Below, one piece after another: positions 7,873-18,113 of a stretch of DNA of 64,000 nt (its first letter is position 1; the number at the start of each line of letters is the position of its first letter). Made by a program: the position numbers and the translations under genes. Source of the stretch: an uncultured Gemmatimonadales bacterium (GTDB taxonomy: Bacteria > Gemmatimonadota > Gemmatimonadetes > Gemmatimonadales > GWC2-71-9); assembly GCA_963757525.1 (NCBI GenBank), contig CAVWRM010000002.1, positions 12,795 to 76,794 of the forward strand, read 5' to 3'. Under the pieces are notes generated by a model, which searched no databases, was not told where the DNA came from, and saw nothing but the letters and a program-made list of their open reading frames with translations.

Positions 7873-9018
7873 TCAGGTCGTAAGCACCTTCCCGAAGCGA
7901 TTCACGTCATCGAGAATGCGGCCGGTGCCGCGCACGACCGACGTCAATGGGTCGTCATCCACCCGAACCGGCAGACCGGTCTCGTCCTGCAGCAGCTGGC
8001 TCAGCCCGCGGATCAGCGAGCCGCCGCCCGTGAGCACGATGCCGTGCTCCAGGATGTCGCTCGAGAGCTCGGGCGGCGTCATCTCGAGTGCCCGGCGCAC
8101 TGCGTTCACGATGCGGGAGAGCGGCTCCTGGATCGCGTCGCGGATGCCCGACGAATCCACCCGCACGGTCTTGGGCAGGCCGGAGACGAGGTCGCGACCC
8201 TTCACGTCCATCTCTTCCTCGGGCATCAGCGGCACCGCGGAACCGAGCTGAATCTTGATCTTTTCGGCCGTGGGGTCGCCGATGAGCAGGCTGTAGGTCT
8301 TCCGCATGTACTGGACGATCGCCTGATCGAGCTCGTCACCGCCCGTGCGAATCGAGGCGTCGCAGACGATCCCGCCGAGGGCGATGACGGCGATGTTGGT
8401 CGTCCCTCCGCCGATGTCGATCACCATGCTTCCCGTGGGCGTTTCGACGGGGAGGCCGACGCCGATGGCCGCGGCCATGGGCTCCGATACCATCAGCAGC
8501 CGCTTCACGCCGGCCGAGCGCGCCGAGTCGCGCACCGCGCGCCGCTCGACCTCGGTGATGCCGGACGGGACGCAGACGATGACCGTGGGCTTGACCTTGA
8601 GGACGGTGCGATCGATGACGAGGCGGAGGAAGTGGCGCAGCATCTTCTCGGCGATATCGAAATTCGCGATCACCCCGTCCTTCATCGGGCGCACCGCGAG
8701 AATGCCGTCCGGCGTGCGTCCGAGCATCATCTTCGCCTGGTGCCCGATCCCCATGATGTTGCCGGCCTTGTCCACCGCGGCGACGGAGGGCTCGTTGAGC
8801 ACCACGCCTTCACCCTTCACGAGGACGAGCGTATTGGCCGTGCCGAGATCCACCGCGAGCTCGGTAGCGGGACGCCAGGCCTTTCGCTTGGGAAGCGCAC
8901 GGGCATGTCCGTTGGCCTGCCCGAGAGCCAGCGACGTGGGGAGTGGGGAGTCGGGTTCGAGAACAGCCGTCACGGTGCGAAGTCCCTTCTTCGAGTGATG
9001 AACGCCAGGGCCGAACAA
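7873..9018 (-). CDS. mreB: rod shape-determining protein MreB
   Basis: Actin-fold motifs AVDLGTANTLVLVKGEGVVLNEPSVAAV, VCVPSGITEVERRAV, MVIDIGGGTTNIAVI and VLTGGGSLIRGL. The TTG start at 9018 gives an N-terminus about 30-40 aa longer than usual; GTG 8973 is an alternative. Confidence 0.9.
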   Translation of the reverse strand: MFGPGVHHSKKGLRTVTAVLEPDSPLPTSLALGQANGHARALPKRKAWRPATELAVDLGTANTLVLVKGEGVVLNEPSVAAVDKAGNIMGIGHQAKMMLGRTPDGILAVRPMKDGVIANFDIAEKMLRHFLRLVIDRTVLKVKPTVIVCVPSGITEVERRAVRDSARSAGVKRLLMVSEPMAAAIGVGLPVETPTGSMVIDIGGGTTNIAVIALGGIVCDASIRTGGDELDQAIVQYMRKTYSLLIGDPTAEKIKIQLGSAVPLMPEEEMDVKGRDLVSGLPKTVRVDSSGIRDAIQEPLSRIVNAVRRALEMTPPELSSDILEHGIVLTGGGSLIRGLSQLLQDETGLPVRVDDDPLTSVVRGTGRILDDVNRFGKVLTT

Positions 9019-9161
9019 ACCCCGGCGCCTGCCTTGCAGTTCTCCTGCGGCGATTGCGTTTCACCGGGAGGCCGAAGGGAAACGTCCTGACAGTGCTGGG
9101 TCCGGGCGGGGAATGTGCAAGATGTGATCCACACGAGGCGGCGCGGCTCCGGCGGCGCGCG

Positions 9162-10019
9162 TCAGGCGATGATGCCGAGCGTGGCCAGGACCGGGGCCCC
9201 GAGCGCCGGATCGCCGCTGAGGCTGACGCGGGCCCGGTCGGCCTCGGTCTTGAGGGCCTTGGAGAACAGCCGCCAGGCGGTATCGCCGGTCATCGTCGCG
9301 GTGGCGTCGGCCAGGCCGGCAGCGCCTCGGAACAGCCGCCACGCCCCGGCTTCCCGCAGCAGGGTCCAGTGCCCGCCGGCGTCGCCGGTGATCTCCACGT
9401 GCACCGTCGTCCCGTCGTTCCGCCGCACCGCCCGAAAGCCGTGGGGCAACGAGCGGATGAAGAGATCGAGCACCGGCCCGAGCCACCGGCGGTCCAGCAG
9501 GCCCGGCGCGCCGACCGCGAGGCGGATGTGCTGCTGGTGCAGCCACCGCTCGGTGTAGTCGCGTCCGATGTCGAACCAGTTCTGCGAGTGCTCTTCACCG
9601 GCCCACGAGACACCGAACCGGGCCGGACCGAACGGGTCGAGCGACGCGAAATGGGCCGCGACCTGGGGACCGGTGAGCTCGAGCAGGTCGACGATGACGC
9701 GCGGACTCAGGCGCCGCGCGGCGGTCACCCACTCGGCGTTGAGCCGGTTGATGAATTCGGCCAGCGCCGCGTCGCCCGGCCCGCCCGGACCGATCGGCGG
9801 CTGATGACCGTCGCGGTCGAAGGAGAGGCGCCGGAGATCGTCGTCGAGCAGATGGGCCGCGATGTCGCGGACCGACCAGCGGGCGCACAGCGTCGGCCGA
9901 TTCCAGTCGTCGGCCCGCAGGCCGCGGAGCAGCGCGATCAAGGCCGCGTGCAGCGGCGAAAAGAGGTCGTGCACCAGGAGGGGCTCCACCGGGCGCAGCG
10001 CGGATCGCGGGTCGGTCAT
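9162..10019 (-). CDS. DinB/MDMPI-like protein (maleylpyruvate isomerase N-terminal domain family)
   Basis: Only the 3' 285 codons of ORF 9162..10493 look coding: MTDPRSALRPVEPLLVHDLFSPLHAALIALLRGLRADDWNRPTLCARWSVRDIAAHL is the typical DinB-like helix bundle start. ATG 10019 is used; ATG 10049 is an alternative. Confidence 0.7.
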   Translation of the reverse strand: MTDPRSALRPVEPLLVHDLFSPLHAALIALLRGLRADDWNRPTLCARWSVRDIAAHLLDDDLRRLSFDRDGHQPPIGPGGPGDAALAEFINRLNAEWVTAARRLSPRVIVDLLELTGPQVAAHFASLDPFGPARFGVSWAGEEHSQNWFDIGRDYTERWLHQQHIRLAVGAPGLLDRRWLGPVLDLFIRSLPHGFRAVRRNDGTTVHVEITGDAGGHWTLLREAGAWRLFRGAAGLADATATMTGDTAWRLFSKALKTEADRARVSLSGDPALGAPVLATLGIIA

Positions 10020-10139
10020 GACGGCAATCTGCGGAAAACGCTCCCGCATCGCAAAGCGGCTCGTTGATTCCTCCTCTCGGCGCGCCCATATTTCGCCTCG
10101 ACACGATGACGAAACGGCGCATTCCACGAGGATGAGACC

Positions 10140-10772
10140 ATGCCCTTCACCCTGCCCCCGCTTCCCTACGCCTACAATGCGCTCGAGCCGCATATCGACG
10201 AGCAGACGATGCGCATTCACCACGACAAGCACCACGGTGCCTATGTCACCAACCTGAACACCGCCCTCGAGTCCCACCCCGACCTCCAGAACAAGACCAT
10301 CGAGCAGCTGCTCGCCGATATCGACACGCTGCCCGAGGCCATCCGGACCGCGGTTCGGAACAACGGCGGCGGCCATGCCAACCACACCATGTTCTGGGAG
10401 ATCATGGCCCCGGGTGGCGCCAAGGAGCCCTCGGGGCCGCTCGCCGACGCCATCGGCAAGGCGTTCGGCGACTTCACCAAGTTCAAGGAGCAATTCGCCA
10501 AGGCCTGCGCCGGACGGTTCGGCAGCGGCTGGGCCTGGCTACTGTTCGACCGCGGCACCCTCAGCATCGAGAGCACGCCGAATCAGGACAGCCCGCTCAT
10601 GGCGGACAAGGCGCCGGTGCTCGGCTGCGACGTCTGGGAGCACGCGTACTATCTCAAGTATCAGAACCGCCGTCCGGACTACGTCAGCGCCTGGTGGAAC
10701 GTGGTCAACTGGACCGAGGTGGGAAAGCGCTTCGCCGCGTCCAAGAGCTTCGCGACCGCAGCCAAGAAGTAG
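10140..10772 (+). CDS. sodA: Fe/Mn superoxide dismutase
   Basis: [32 protein letters not shown] and the family signature [18 protein letters not shown]. Confidence 0.95.
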   Translation: MPFTLPPLPYAYNALEPHIDEQTMRIHHDKHHGAYVTNLNTALESHPDLQNKTIEQLLADIDTLPEAIRTAVRNNGGGHANHTMFWEIMAPGGAKEPSGPLADAIGKAFGDFTKFKEQFAKACAGRFGSGWAWLLFDRGTLSIESTPNQDSPLMADKAPVLGCDVWEHAYYLKYQNRRPDYVSAWWNVVNWTEVGKRFAASKSFATAAKK

Positions 10773-11234
10773 ATGGGGGCGTTGCCTGCCGTCGGCTCCC
10801 CCGCGCCCGACTTCACCCTGCCGTCTACGGCCGGCGTCGACGTCACGCTGTCGACACTGAAAGGGAAGAACGTGCTGCTTGCGTTCTTCCCGCTCGCCTT
10901 TACCAGCACCTGCACGACGGAGATGAGCGCGTTTCGTGACGACTACGAGAAATTTCGTGACTTGCATGCCGTCATATTGCCCATCAGCGTGGACTCGGTG
11001 CCAACGCTCAAGGAGTACAAGGCCAAGGAGCGACTGCCCGTCGATCTCCTCAGCGACTTCAAGCGCGAGGTGAGCCGGCGGTACGGCACGCTGATCGAAG
11101 ACAGGTTCTTCTCCAACCGCGCGTACATCCTGATCGACGCTCAGGGCATGGTCCGCTGGGCGTTCGCCGAGCAGACGCCTTCCACCCGGCGCGAGAACGA
11201 AGAGATCTTCCAGCAGTTGCGCGCGCTCACCTGA
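10773..11234 (+). CDS. peroxiredoxin (AhpC/TSA family, AhpE/Bcp-like)
   Basis: PAPDFTLPS...GKNVLLAFFPLAFTSTCTTE contains the peroxidatic Cys motif. The start codon immediately follows the sodA stop. Confidence 0.9.
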   Translation: MGALPAVGSPAPDFTLPSTAGVDVTLSTLKGKNVLLAFFPLAFTSTCTTEMSAFRDDYEKFRDLHAVILPISVDSVPTLKEYKAKERLPVDLLSDFKREVSRRYGTLIEDRFFSNRAYILIDAQGMVRWAFAEQTPSTRRENEEIFQQLRALT

Positions 11235-11271
11235 ACCACGCGGCCGCTCCGGTCTTCCCTCGAGGATTCCG

Positions 11272-11781
11272 ATGGCCCGACGCCCGCCCGCCGTCCTCCT
11301 CCTCATCCTCATGCTGGTGGGGGCGGGGGCGTGCCGGATCGAGGATCACACGCCTGACGGCTCGCGCCGGGACGAGGAAGCCGTGCAGGCGCTCGTCGCC
11401 GGGTACGCGCGCACCCTGTCCTCCCGCGACTGGAGGGGCGCCCGCGCGCTGTTCTGGGCGGACGCGAGCTACGCCGGCCCGATGATCCCCCTGGCCGGCG
11501 ACGCCCATCAGGCCGTCCCGATCGATCTCGCCATCAACACCATCGCACGCCGGGTCGAGGGAGTCGACACCCAGCGCTTCGATGTCCGGATTCTCCGCGC
11601 GGACATCCGCCAGGACGGCGACATTGCCGCCGTCTGGATGACCACCCGGCGCCGGATCCCGGCCGCCGGGCGAGTGATGGAGGGCGACTGGGTGGAGCAC
11701 CTCGTGCTGAGGCGCATCGATGGCGAGTGGCGAATCCTGAGCGTCACCGCCCGTGCGGCGCGGCGCGCTCCCAGGTCATGA
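11272..11781 (+). CDS. SnoaL/NTF2-like (DUF4440-type) lipoprotein
   Basis: Signal plus lipobox (LLLILMLVGAGAC). The pattern EEAVQALVAGYARTLSSRDWRGARALFWADASY ... GEWRILSV is typical of the NTF2-like fold. The stop overlaps the next start (ATGA). Confidence 0.65.
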   Translation: MARRPPAVLLLILMLVGAGACRIEDHTPDGSRRDEEAVQALVAGYARTLSSRDWRGARALFWADASYAGPMIPLAGDAHQAVPIDLAINTIARRVEGVDTQRFDVRILRADIRQDGDIAAVWMTTRRRIPAAGRVMEGDWVEHLVLRRIDGEWRILSVTARAARRAPRS

Positions 11782-13277
11782 CCACCGCGGACGGACCGCT
11801 GGCCCTCATCGGATCCGTCGCCAAGCTGCTCACCGCCGGGCTCGGCACCGAGGCGACCGTCGCGGCGGTTGCCGAGACGGTGCGGGCCGGACTGCCGGCG
11901 GCCGGCGTGACCCTCTGGGTGCGGGGACCGGGAGCGACGGCGTTTCGGCCGGTGGCGGCGCCGATGGCCCCGGACGCCCTGAGGCTGGTGGCGTCGCTGG
12001 CGGAGGTTCCGCAGGGCGAGGGGCGGCGCTTCGTCCTGGAGCACGAGGGCATCGAGCTCGGCCTCATGGACGTGGCCTTCGAGGAGGACGGTGCCCGGCT
12101 CGACGCGCTCGGCATCGTGGCGGACATCCTGTCGCCCTATCTCGCGTCCGCCGAGCTGTCGACCGATCTCGCGGGCGAAGTGGCCGAGCAGTCACGCGAA
12201 ATCGACGAGCACCGGCGCTTCACGGGCCTCATCATCGACAGCCTGCCGGTAGGACTCTACGTTGTGGATCGCGACTACCGGATCACGACGTGGAATCGCA
12301 AGCGGGAGACGGGCACCCAGGGACTCCGCCGTGACGCGGTGGTGGGCCGGCCCGTCTTCGAGGTGCTGACCCGGCAACCCGCGGCCCAGCTCCGCGCCGA
12401 CTTCGACCGGGTTTTCCGGACCGGCGAGATTCAGCAGCGGGAAATCGAGGTGGCGGCCGGCGGGGAGACGCGGTACTACCGGCTCAGCAAGATTCCGATG
12501 CGGCTCGAGGGCGACGAGATCACCCACGTGATCACGATCGGTGAAGACGTCACCGAGCGGCAGGGCATTCAGGCGCAGATCGCGCAGAGCGAAAAGTTAG
12601 CCGCCGTGGGGCAGCTCGCCGCGGGCGTCATGCACGAGATCAACAACCCGCTCGCCACCATCAGCGCGTGCGTGGCGGCGATCCAGGGTCGCCTGCCCGC
12701 CGGATGGGCCGGCGCCGAGCCGGTGACCGAATATCTCGAGATGATCGACAAGGAAGTCGAGCGGTGCACCCGCATCGTGGACGGACTCCTCGACTTCAGT
12801 CGTCCCAAGGGCAAGACCAAGGGCCCCGTCTCGCTCAATCGCCTCGTGGCGGATACCCTCTTTCTGTTGAAACACCACCAGCGCTTCAGGCATCTCCAGG
12901 TCGTTCAGGAGCTGGACCCGGCGGAGCCGGTCGCCGCCGGGAACTCGGAGCAGTTGACCCAGGTGCTGCTGGCGCTCACGCTCAACGCCGTGGATGCGAT
13001 GGAGGAGGGCGGTACGCTGACGCTGCGGACCTCGGCGGGGCGTGGCCGGGCGGACGAAACCCTGCTCGAAGTGGAAGACACGGGCGTGGGGATCCCCCGG
13101 GCCGACCAGGGAAAGATCTTCGAGCCGTTCTTCACGACCAAGCCGCCGGGGAGGGGAACCGGGCTCGGCCTGTCGATCTGCTACGGCATCGTCGAAGACC
13201 ACCGCGGCCGGATCGAGGTCGACAGCGCGCCGGGCCGCGGGTCGGTGTTCCGGGTCTACCTGCCGGTGAGGCCATGA
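11778..13277 (+). CDS. cytoplasmic GAF-like/PAS sensor histidine kinase
   Basis: PAS ([26 protein letters not shown]), H-box [13 protein letters not shown] box [11 protein letters not shown] boxes EDTGVGIP and [18 protein letters not shown] 11778 overlaps the upstream stop. Confidence 0.9.
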   Translation: MTTADGPLALIGSVAKLLTAGLGTEATVAAVAETVRAGLPAAGVTLWVRGPGATAFRPVAAPMAPDALRLVASLAEVPQGEGRRFVLEHEGIELGLMDVAFEEDGARLDALGIVADILSPYLASAELSTDLAGEVAEQSREIDEHRRFTGLIIDSLPVGLYVVDRDYRITTWNRKRETGTQGLRRDAVVGRPVFEVLTRQPAAQLRADFDRVFRTGEIQQREIEVAAGGETRYYRLSKIPMRLEGDEITHVITIGEDVTERQGIQAQIAQSEKLAAVGQLAAGVMHEINNPLATISACVAAIQGRLPAGWAGAEPVTEYLEMIDKEVERCTRIVDGLLDFSRPKGKTKGPVSLNRLVADTLFLLKHHQRFRHLQVVQELDPAEPVAAGNSEQLTQVLLALTLNAVDAMEEGGTLTLRTSAGRGRADETLLEVEDTGVGIPRADQGKIFEPFFTTKPPGRGTGLGLSICYGIVEDHRGRIEVDSAPGRGSVFRVYLPVRP

Positions 13278-13942
13278 AAGTCCTGGTCATCGAGGACGAC
13301 CGCACCGTCGGCCAGCACGTCAAGCGCGGCCTCGAGGAGCATCACTACCACGCGGACCTGGTGGATGACGGGCTCGAGGGGCTGCGGCTGGCCTCGGGTG
13401 GCCGGTACGATCTGATCGTGCTGGACCTCCGGCTTCCGAGCATGAACGGGCTCGAGATGCTGCGGACGCTGCGTGACCGGGGCACCACGACGCCCATTCT
13501 GGTGCTGACGGCGCAGGATGCCGTGGACTTCAAAGTGGAAGCGCTGCGGGCCGGCGCCGACGACTACGTCACCAAACCCTTCGCCTTCGAGGAGCTGCTG
13601 GCGCGGGTCGAGGCGCTCGGGCGCCGTCCGAAGGAGATCCGCGACCCGGTGCTCCGGGTGGGCGACCTCGAGGTGGATACCGCCACGCGGGAGGTGCGGC
13701 GCGCGGGCGCGCGCATCGACCTGACGCCCAAGGAGTACACCGTGCTCGAGTATCTGATGCGTCACGCGGGCCGGGTCATGTCCCGGACGCTCATCACCGA
13801 GTACGCCTGGGATTACCACTTCGATCCCGGCACCAACATCGTGGACGTGGTGATCAACCGGCTGCGGAAGAAGGTGGACTCGGGCCACGCGCGGAAGATG
13901 GTGCACACGGTGCGCGGTGTCGGGTACGTCGTGAAGGCGTAG
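13274..13942 (+). CDS. OmpR-family DNA-binding response regulator
   Basis: MKVLVIEDD..., YDLIVLDLRLPSMNG, ADDYVTKPF, and a winged-helix output domain (LTPKEYTVLEYLMRHAGRVMSR...VHTVRGVGYVV). ATGA overlap with the upstream HK. Confidence 0.95.
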   Translation: MKVLVIEDDRTVGQHVKRGLEEHHYHADLVDDGLEGLRLASGGRYDLIVLDLRLPSMNGLEMLRTLRDRGTTTPILVLTAQDAVDFKVEALRAGADDYVTKPFAFEELLARVEALGRRPKEIRDPVLRVGDLEVDTATREVRRAGARIDLTPKEYTVLEYLMRHAGRVMSRTLITEYAWDYHFDPGTNIVDVVINRLRKKVDSGHARKMVHTVRGVGYVVKA

Positions 13943-13943
13943 C

Positions 13944-15416
13944 GTGACCACGATTCGCCGGCGGCTCACCACATGGTACACGGTGGCCCTGGGCGTGACC
14001 GTCGTCGCCTTCGGCACGCTGCTGTACCTGGAACGCCGGCAGTCGAGCATCCGGGAGCTCGATCGCCGGCTGGGGCTCGAGGCGGAGCTGGCGACCCGCT
14101 GGCTCAGCGAGTCCTACAAGGTCCTGGGGCGGATCGTGGCGACCCAGGGGTTGAGCCGGGCGCTCGACCCCGGCATCAGCGCGTACCTCGAGGCGGTGCG
14201 CGACTACCTCGTGGTCACCGACACCAGTGGAAACATCCTCGCCCTGTCCGAGGCGGCGCGCGGGCTTCCCGGCGCCGACCTCGAGCGTCTCACCGCTCCG
14301 ATCGACTCGCTTCCCGCCAAGGCCTCCGGTACGATCGCCCTCGCGCCGCCGAACGGCTCGCTGCGCTATTACGCCAGCAGGGTCAACAACGCGGGGCCGG
14401 AGATCGGCGGCCTCCTCGTGGCGACCTCCACCACCCAGTTGGCGTTCGGCCCGGCGGAGCTGCTGCGGTCGATGCTGCTCATCTCGCCGCTCGTGCTCAT
14501 CGCCGCCGCGCTGCTCGGGTTCTGGCTAGCCGACACCAGCCTTCGACCGGTGCAGGGGATCATGGACGAGGTCGAGGCGATCACCGACGGCCGGAGTCTC
14601 CATCGGCGCCTCGCCGTTCCCGTCTCCGGCGACGAGATGGCGCGGCTCGCCCTGACCGTGAACGGCATGCTGGCGCGGCTGGAGAAGAGCTTCACGAGTC
14701 TGCACCGGTTCACCGCCGACGCGAGCCACGAGCTCAAGACCCCCTTGCAGGTGCTCCGCGTGGGAGTGGAGCGCGCCCTCGTGCATCCCGGTGTGCCACA
14801 GGAGATCCTCGAGTCGCTCGACGAAACGCTGGCGCAGATCAATCAGATGACCGAGATGGTGGAAAGCCTGCTCACGCTGGCGCGGGCCGATGAAGGCGCC
14901 GTCCCCCTGGCGATGGAGGAATCGGACCTTCGGGAGATTCTGAGCGATGTGGCCGAGACGGCGGGCATGCTGGGCGAGAGCACCGGTGTGCGGGTGACGA
15001 GCGATCTGCCGCCCGCGCCGGTGCGGATGCGGGTGGATCTGCACCGGATCCGCGAGATGCTGCTCAACCTCGTCACCAACGCGATCAAGTACACGCCGGC
15101 CGGGGGCGCGGTCGGCGTCGGTCTTTCCGAGGAGGACGGCGCTGTGGTGATGACGGTTCGAGACTCGGGGATCGGGATCGCCCCCGGCGATCTGCCTCAC
15201 ATTTTCGACCGGTTCTGGCGCGCGGATCCCGCCAGATCCCGCACCGGAGACCGTCCCGGGACCGGCCTCGGCCTGGCGATTACCAAGTGGATCGCGGAGG
15301 CGCACGGCGGCTCCATTACCGTGCAGAGCCGGCCGGGACGCGGAACCATGTTCACTGTGCGGCTGCCTCGGCGCTCGATCGTCCCCGCTCTTGACGTTCC
15401 ATCGGATCGGCGATAG
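13944..15416 (+). CDS. membrane sensor histidine kinase with HAMP domain
   Basis: Two TM helices, HAMP (LRPVQGIMDEVEAITDG...MARLALTVNGMLARLE), H-box FTADASHELKTPL, N box NLVTNAIKYTP, G boxes RDSGIGIAP and GTGLGLAITKWIAEAHGG. GTG start 1 nt after the RR stop. Confidence 0.9.
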   Translation: MTTIRRRLTTWYTVALGVTVVAFGTLLYLERRQSSIRELDRRLGLEAELATRWLSESYKVLGRIVATQGLSRALDPGISAYLEAVRDYLVVTDTSGNILALSEAARGLPGADLERLTAPIDSLPAKASGTIALAPPNGSLRYYASRVNNAGPEIGGLLVATSTTQLAFGPAELLRSMLLISPLVLIAAALLGFWLADTSLRPVQGIMDEVEAITDGRSLHRRLAVPVSGDEMARLALTVNGMLARLEKSFTSLHRFTADASHELKTPLQVLRVGVERALVHPGVPQEILESLDETLAQINQMTEMVESLLTLARADEGAVPLAMEESDLREILSDVAETAGMLGESTGVRVTSDLPPAPVRMRVDLHRIREMLLNLVTNAIKYTPAGGAVGVGLSEEDGAVVMTVRDSGIGIAPGDLPHIFDRFWRADPARSRTGDRPGTGLGLAITKWIAEAHGGSITVQSRPGRGTMFTVRLPRRSIVPALDVPSDRR

Positions 15417-15554
15417 CTCATGGTCACTGTGGCTCGCCGGTCCGGTCCGAAGCTGTTAATCCTGTTGTCATGGAATTGTCATCTTCAGGCAAAGGGCCCG
15501 CTACCAGCGCGTGGTACTTTCCGGCCACGATAACCCTCCGCTGGAGGTAGTTGC

Positions 15555-16256
15555 GTGTTCGACAACCTGATCGAATCGAAGGCCAAGGGAACCCGGACGC
15601 TGGGGCAATCGGTCCTGTCCCTGCTCGTCCACGGCGCAGTCATCTTCGGCGCCGTCAAGGCGACCCAGGGTGTCGCCGAGACGATCAAGAACCGCCCGGT
15701 CGACACCACGATGGTGTTCCTGAAGCCGCCCCCGCCGCCCCCGCCTCCCCCCGATCAACCGCCGCCCGATGTCATCGTCTCCGCCAACCCGCCGCCGAAG
15801 GGTTTCCAGACGGTGGTGGCGCCGACCGACATCCCCAAGGACATCCCGCCCATCGATCTGAACGAGAAGCCGTTCGATCCGCGGGACTTCACGGGGAAGG
15901 GCGTGGAGGGTGGCATCGCGACGGGTGTCGTCGGCGGAACCGGGCCGGTGACGGGCGAGGTGTTCCTCGAGGCGCAGCTCGACGACCCGGTTCAGCCCAT
16001 CTCCATCCCGACGCCGCGGTATCCGCCCGTGCTGCAAAGCGCGGGAATCGCCGGGGCGGTGGACCTGCAGTACGTAGTGGACACCACCGGCCATGCCGAG
16101 CCCAACTCGTTCAAGGTGCTCAAGACGACGCATCCGGCGTTCGTGGAGCCGGCCCAGGAGGCGATCCGCAAGGGCGTCTTCAAGCCGGCCAAGTTCAAGG
16201 GCACGCCGGTGCGCCAACTGGTGCAGCAGCGGATCTCGTTCAAGGTAGGCCAATAG
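15555..16256 (+). CDS. tonB: energy transducer TonB
   Basis: N-terminal anchor (SVLSLLVHGAVIFGAV), Pro-rich spacer (KPPPPPPPPPDQPPPD), and a TonB C-terminal domain (PRYPPVLQSAGIAGAVDLQYVVDTTG...FKPAKFKGTPV). Confidence 0.85.
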   Translation: MFDNLIESKAKGTRTLGQSVLSLLVHGAVIFGAVKATQGVAETIKNRPVDTTMVFLKPPPPPPPPPDQPPPDVIVSANPPPKGFQTVVAPTDIPKDIPPIDLNEKPFDPRDFTGKGVEGGIATGVVGGTGPVTGEVFLEAQLDDPVQPISIPTPRYPPVLQSAGIAGAVDLQYVVDTTGHAEPNSFKVLKTTHPAFVEPAQEAIRKGVFKPAKFKGTPVRQLVQQRISFKVGQ

Positions 16257-16317
16257 TCGTTCTCTCCGTCGGGCCGCGCGCGGTCCGGCCAGGCGCTCTT
16301 CCAGGAGGCATCGCAAC

Positions 16318-17047
16318 ATGAGTGTAGATCTTCTCCATCTGTGGGCCCAGATGGGCATGTTCGCCAAGGGCATCGTCGTCATCATGGCGATCATGTCCAT
16401 CTATTCCCTCACGATCGTCTTCACCAAGCTGATTCAGCTCAAGCGGAGCGAGTCTGAGACCCGGAAGTTCGCGCCCCAGTTCTCCCGGGCCATCCAGGAG
16501 GAGAACCTCGATCAGGCCATCTCGCTGGCCGAGAAGAACAAGAAGAGCCACGTCTCCCGGGTGCTCGGCGAGGCGCTGGCCGAGGTGAAGCCGCTGCTCC
16601 GCGACCGCGCCACCATCACCGCGGCCGACATCAACTCGGCGGAACGGGCGGTCGAGCGGCAAATGCTGATCGTGCTCTCGGAGTTCAAGCGGGGTCTTGG
16701 CGTGCTCGGGACGGTCGGCTCGACCGCGCCGTTCGTCGGCCTCCTCGGCACCACGATGGGTATCGTGAACGCGTTCGTCGGCATGGCGGCGCAGGGCGCC
16801 TCCGGCGGCCTGGCGGGCATCTCGGCCGGTATCGCCGAGGCGCTGATCACGACGGCCTTCGGTCTGATGGTGGCGATCCCGGCGGTGTGGGCCTACAACT
16901 ACTTCACGACCAAGATCGAGAATCTCACGGTCGAGATGACCTACACTTCCAAGGAGCTGATCGACTACCTCATCAAGAGCGTGGGGAGCGAGTTCGGGCG
17001 TTCGATCTTCACGAAGGAATTCCAGGCCCAGAAGGCGGTGACCGGCA

Positions 17048-17067
<20 letters not shown>
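16318..17067 (+). CDS. exbB: MotA/TolQ/ExbB proton channel protein
   Basis: Three TM helices and the family motif LGTVGSTAPFVGLLGTTMGIVNAF ... GIAEALITTAFGLMVAIPA. Confidence 0.9.
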
Positions 17068-17509
<442 letters not shown>

Positions 17510-17510
17510 C

Positions 17511-17930
17511 ATGGCGATGGCTACCGGAAGTTCCGGCGGTGTCCAGTCGGACATCAACGTCACGCCGATGATCGACGTCCTGCTCGTGCTGCTGATCATC
17601 TTCATGATCACCCAGCCGCTCTCGCGGATGGCGCTCGATGTTCAGGTGCCGCCGCCGGAGGACAACGTGGCCACCAAGACGCCGCCGAGCCAGATCGTGC
17701 TGGAGCTGGCCAACGACGGCGGGTACTCGATCAATGGTCAGCCGGTCCCCAAGGACCAGCTCGACGCCCAGATTCACGCCATCTACGATCAACGTCCGGC
17801 CAAGCTCCTGTTCATCAAGGCCGGGGCCAATCGGATCTACCAGGACGTGATCGAGGCCATGGACGTGGCGCGGGGCGCCGGCGTACAGATCATCGGCTTC
17901 ACGCCGAAAGAGGCGGACAAGCAGCAATAG
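17511..17930 (+). CDS. exbD: biopolymer transport protein ExbD/TolR (second copy)
   Basis: DINVTPMIDVLLVLLIIFMITQP. The start is 1 nt after the previous stop. Confidence 0.9.
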   Translation: MAMATGSSGGVQSDINVTPMIDVLLVLLIIFMITQPLSRMALDVQVPPPEDNVATKTPPSQIVLELANDGGYSINGQPVPKDQLDAQIHAIYDQRPAKLLFIKAGANRIYQDVIEAMDVARGAGVQIIGFTPKEADKQQ

Positions 17931-17954
17931 GTCGCGGGTCACCAGTCACGGGTC
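17931..17954. repeat. left arm of inverted repeat (partner at 18080..18113)
   Basis: gtcgcgggtcac (17931-17942) is the exact reverse complement of gtgacccgcgac (18080-18091). 17944-17954 is the reverse complement of gacccgtgact (18089-18099). Confidence 0.8.
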
Positions 17955-18079
17955 TCTCGACCGGCCGGGGCATGGAGTGGGGAGCATTCTCCACCCATGC
18001 CTCTATGTTTCCCAGGGCGTGTGGATCCCCGTCACCGGCTCGTCGCCATTCAGGTGAGCGCCCCTGCGACTCGAGAACT

Positions 18080-18113
18080 GTGACCCGCGACCCGTGACTC
18101 GCGACCCGTGACC
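18080..18113. repeat. right arm: tandem 13-mer cgcgacccgtgac x2 (14-nt period), inverted relative to 17931..17954
   Basis: cgcgacccgtgac occurs at 18086-18098 and 18100-18112, preceded by a partial gtgacc. This reads directly from the sequence. Confidence 0.8.

Noticed and set aside
7591-9090. 499-aa ORF on the plus strand overlapping mreB
   Set aside because: It is antisense to a gene with unmistakable MreB motifs. Its translation is Arg/Gly/Asp/His-rich low complexity, typical of spurious ORFs in GC-rich DNA where stop codons are rare.
9019-9161. The intergenic region upstream of mreB as a possible regulatory RNA
   Set aside because: Only weak, GC-driven self-complementarity is present, with nothing distinctive beyond the background of this genome.
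15700-15790. Proline-rich and Ala/Pro-rich nucleotide repeats inside tonB (15720-15780), the tonB-like gene (18290-18620), the SGNH lipoprotein (33930-34040) and E2 (36640-36880), considered as possible repeat elements
   Set aside because: These are in-frame low-complexity linkers of recognised proteins, not independent repeat elements.
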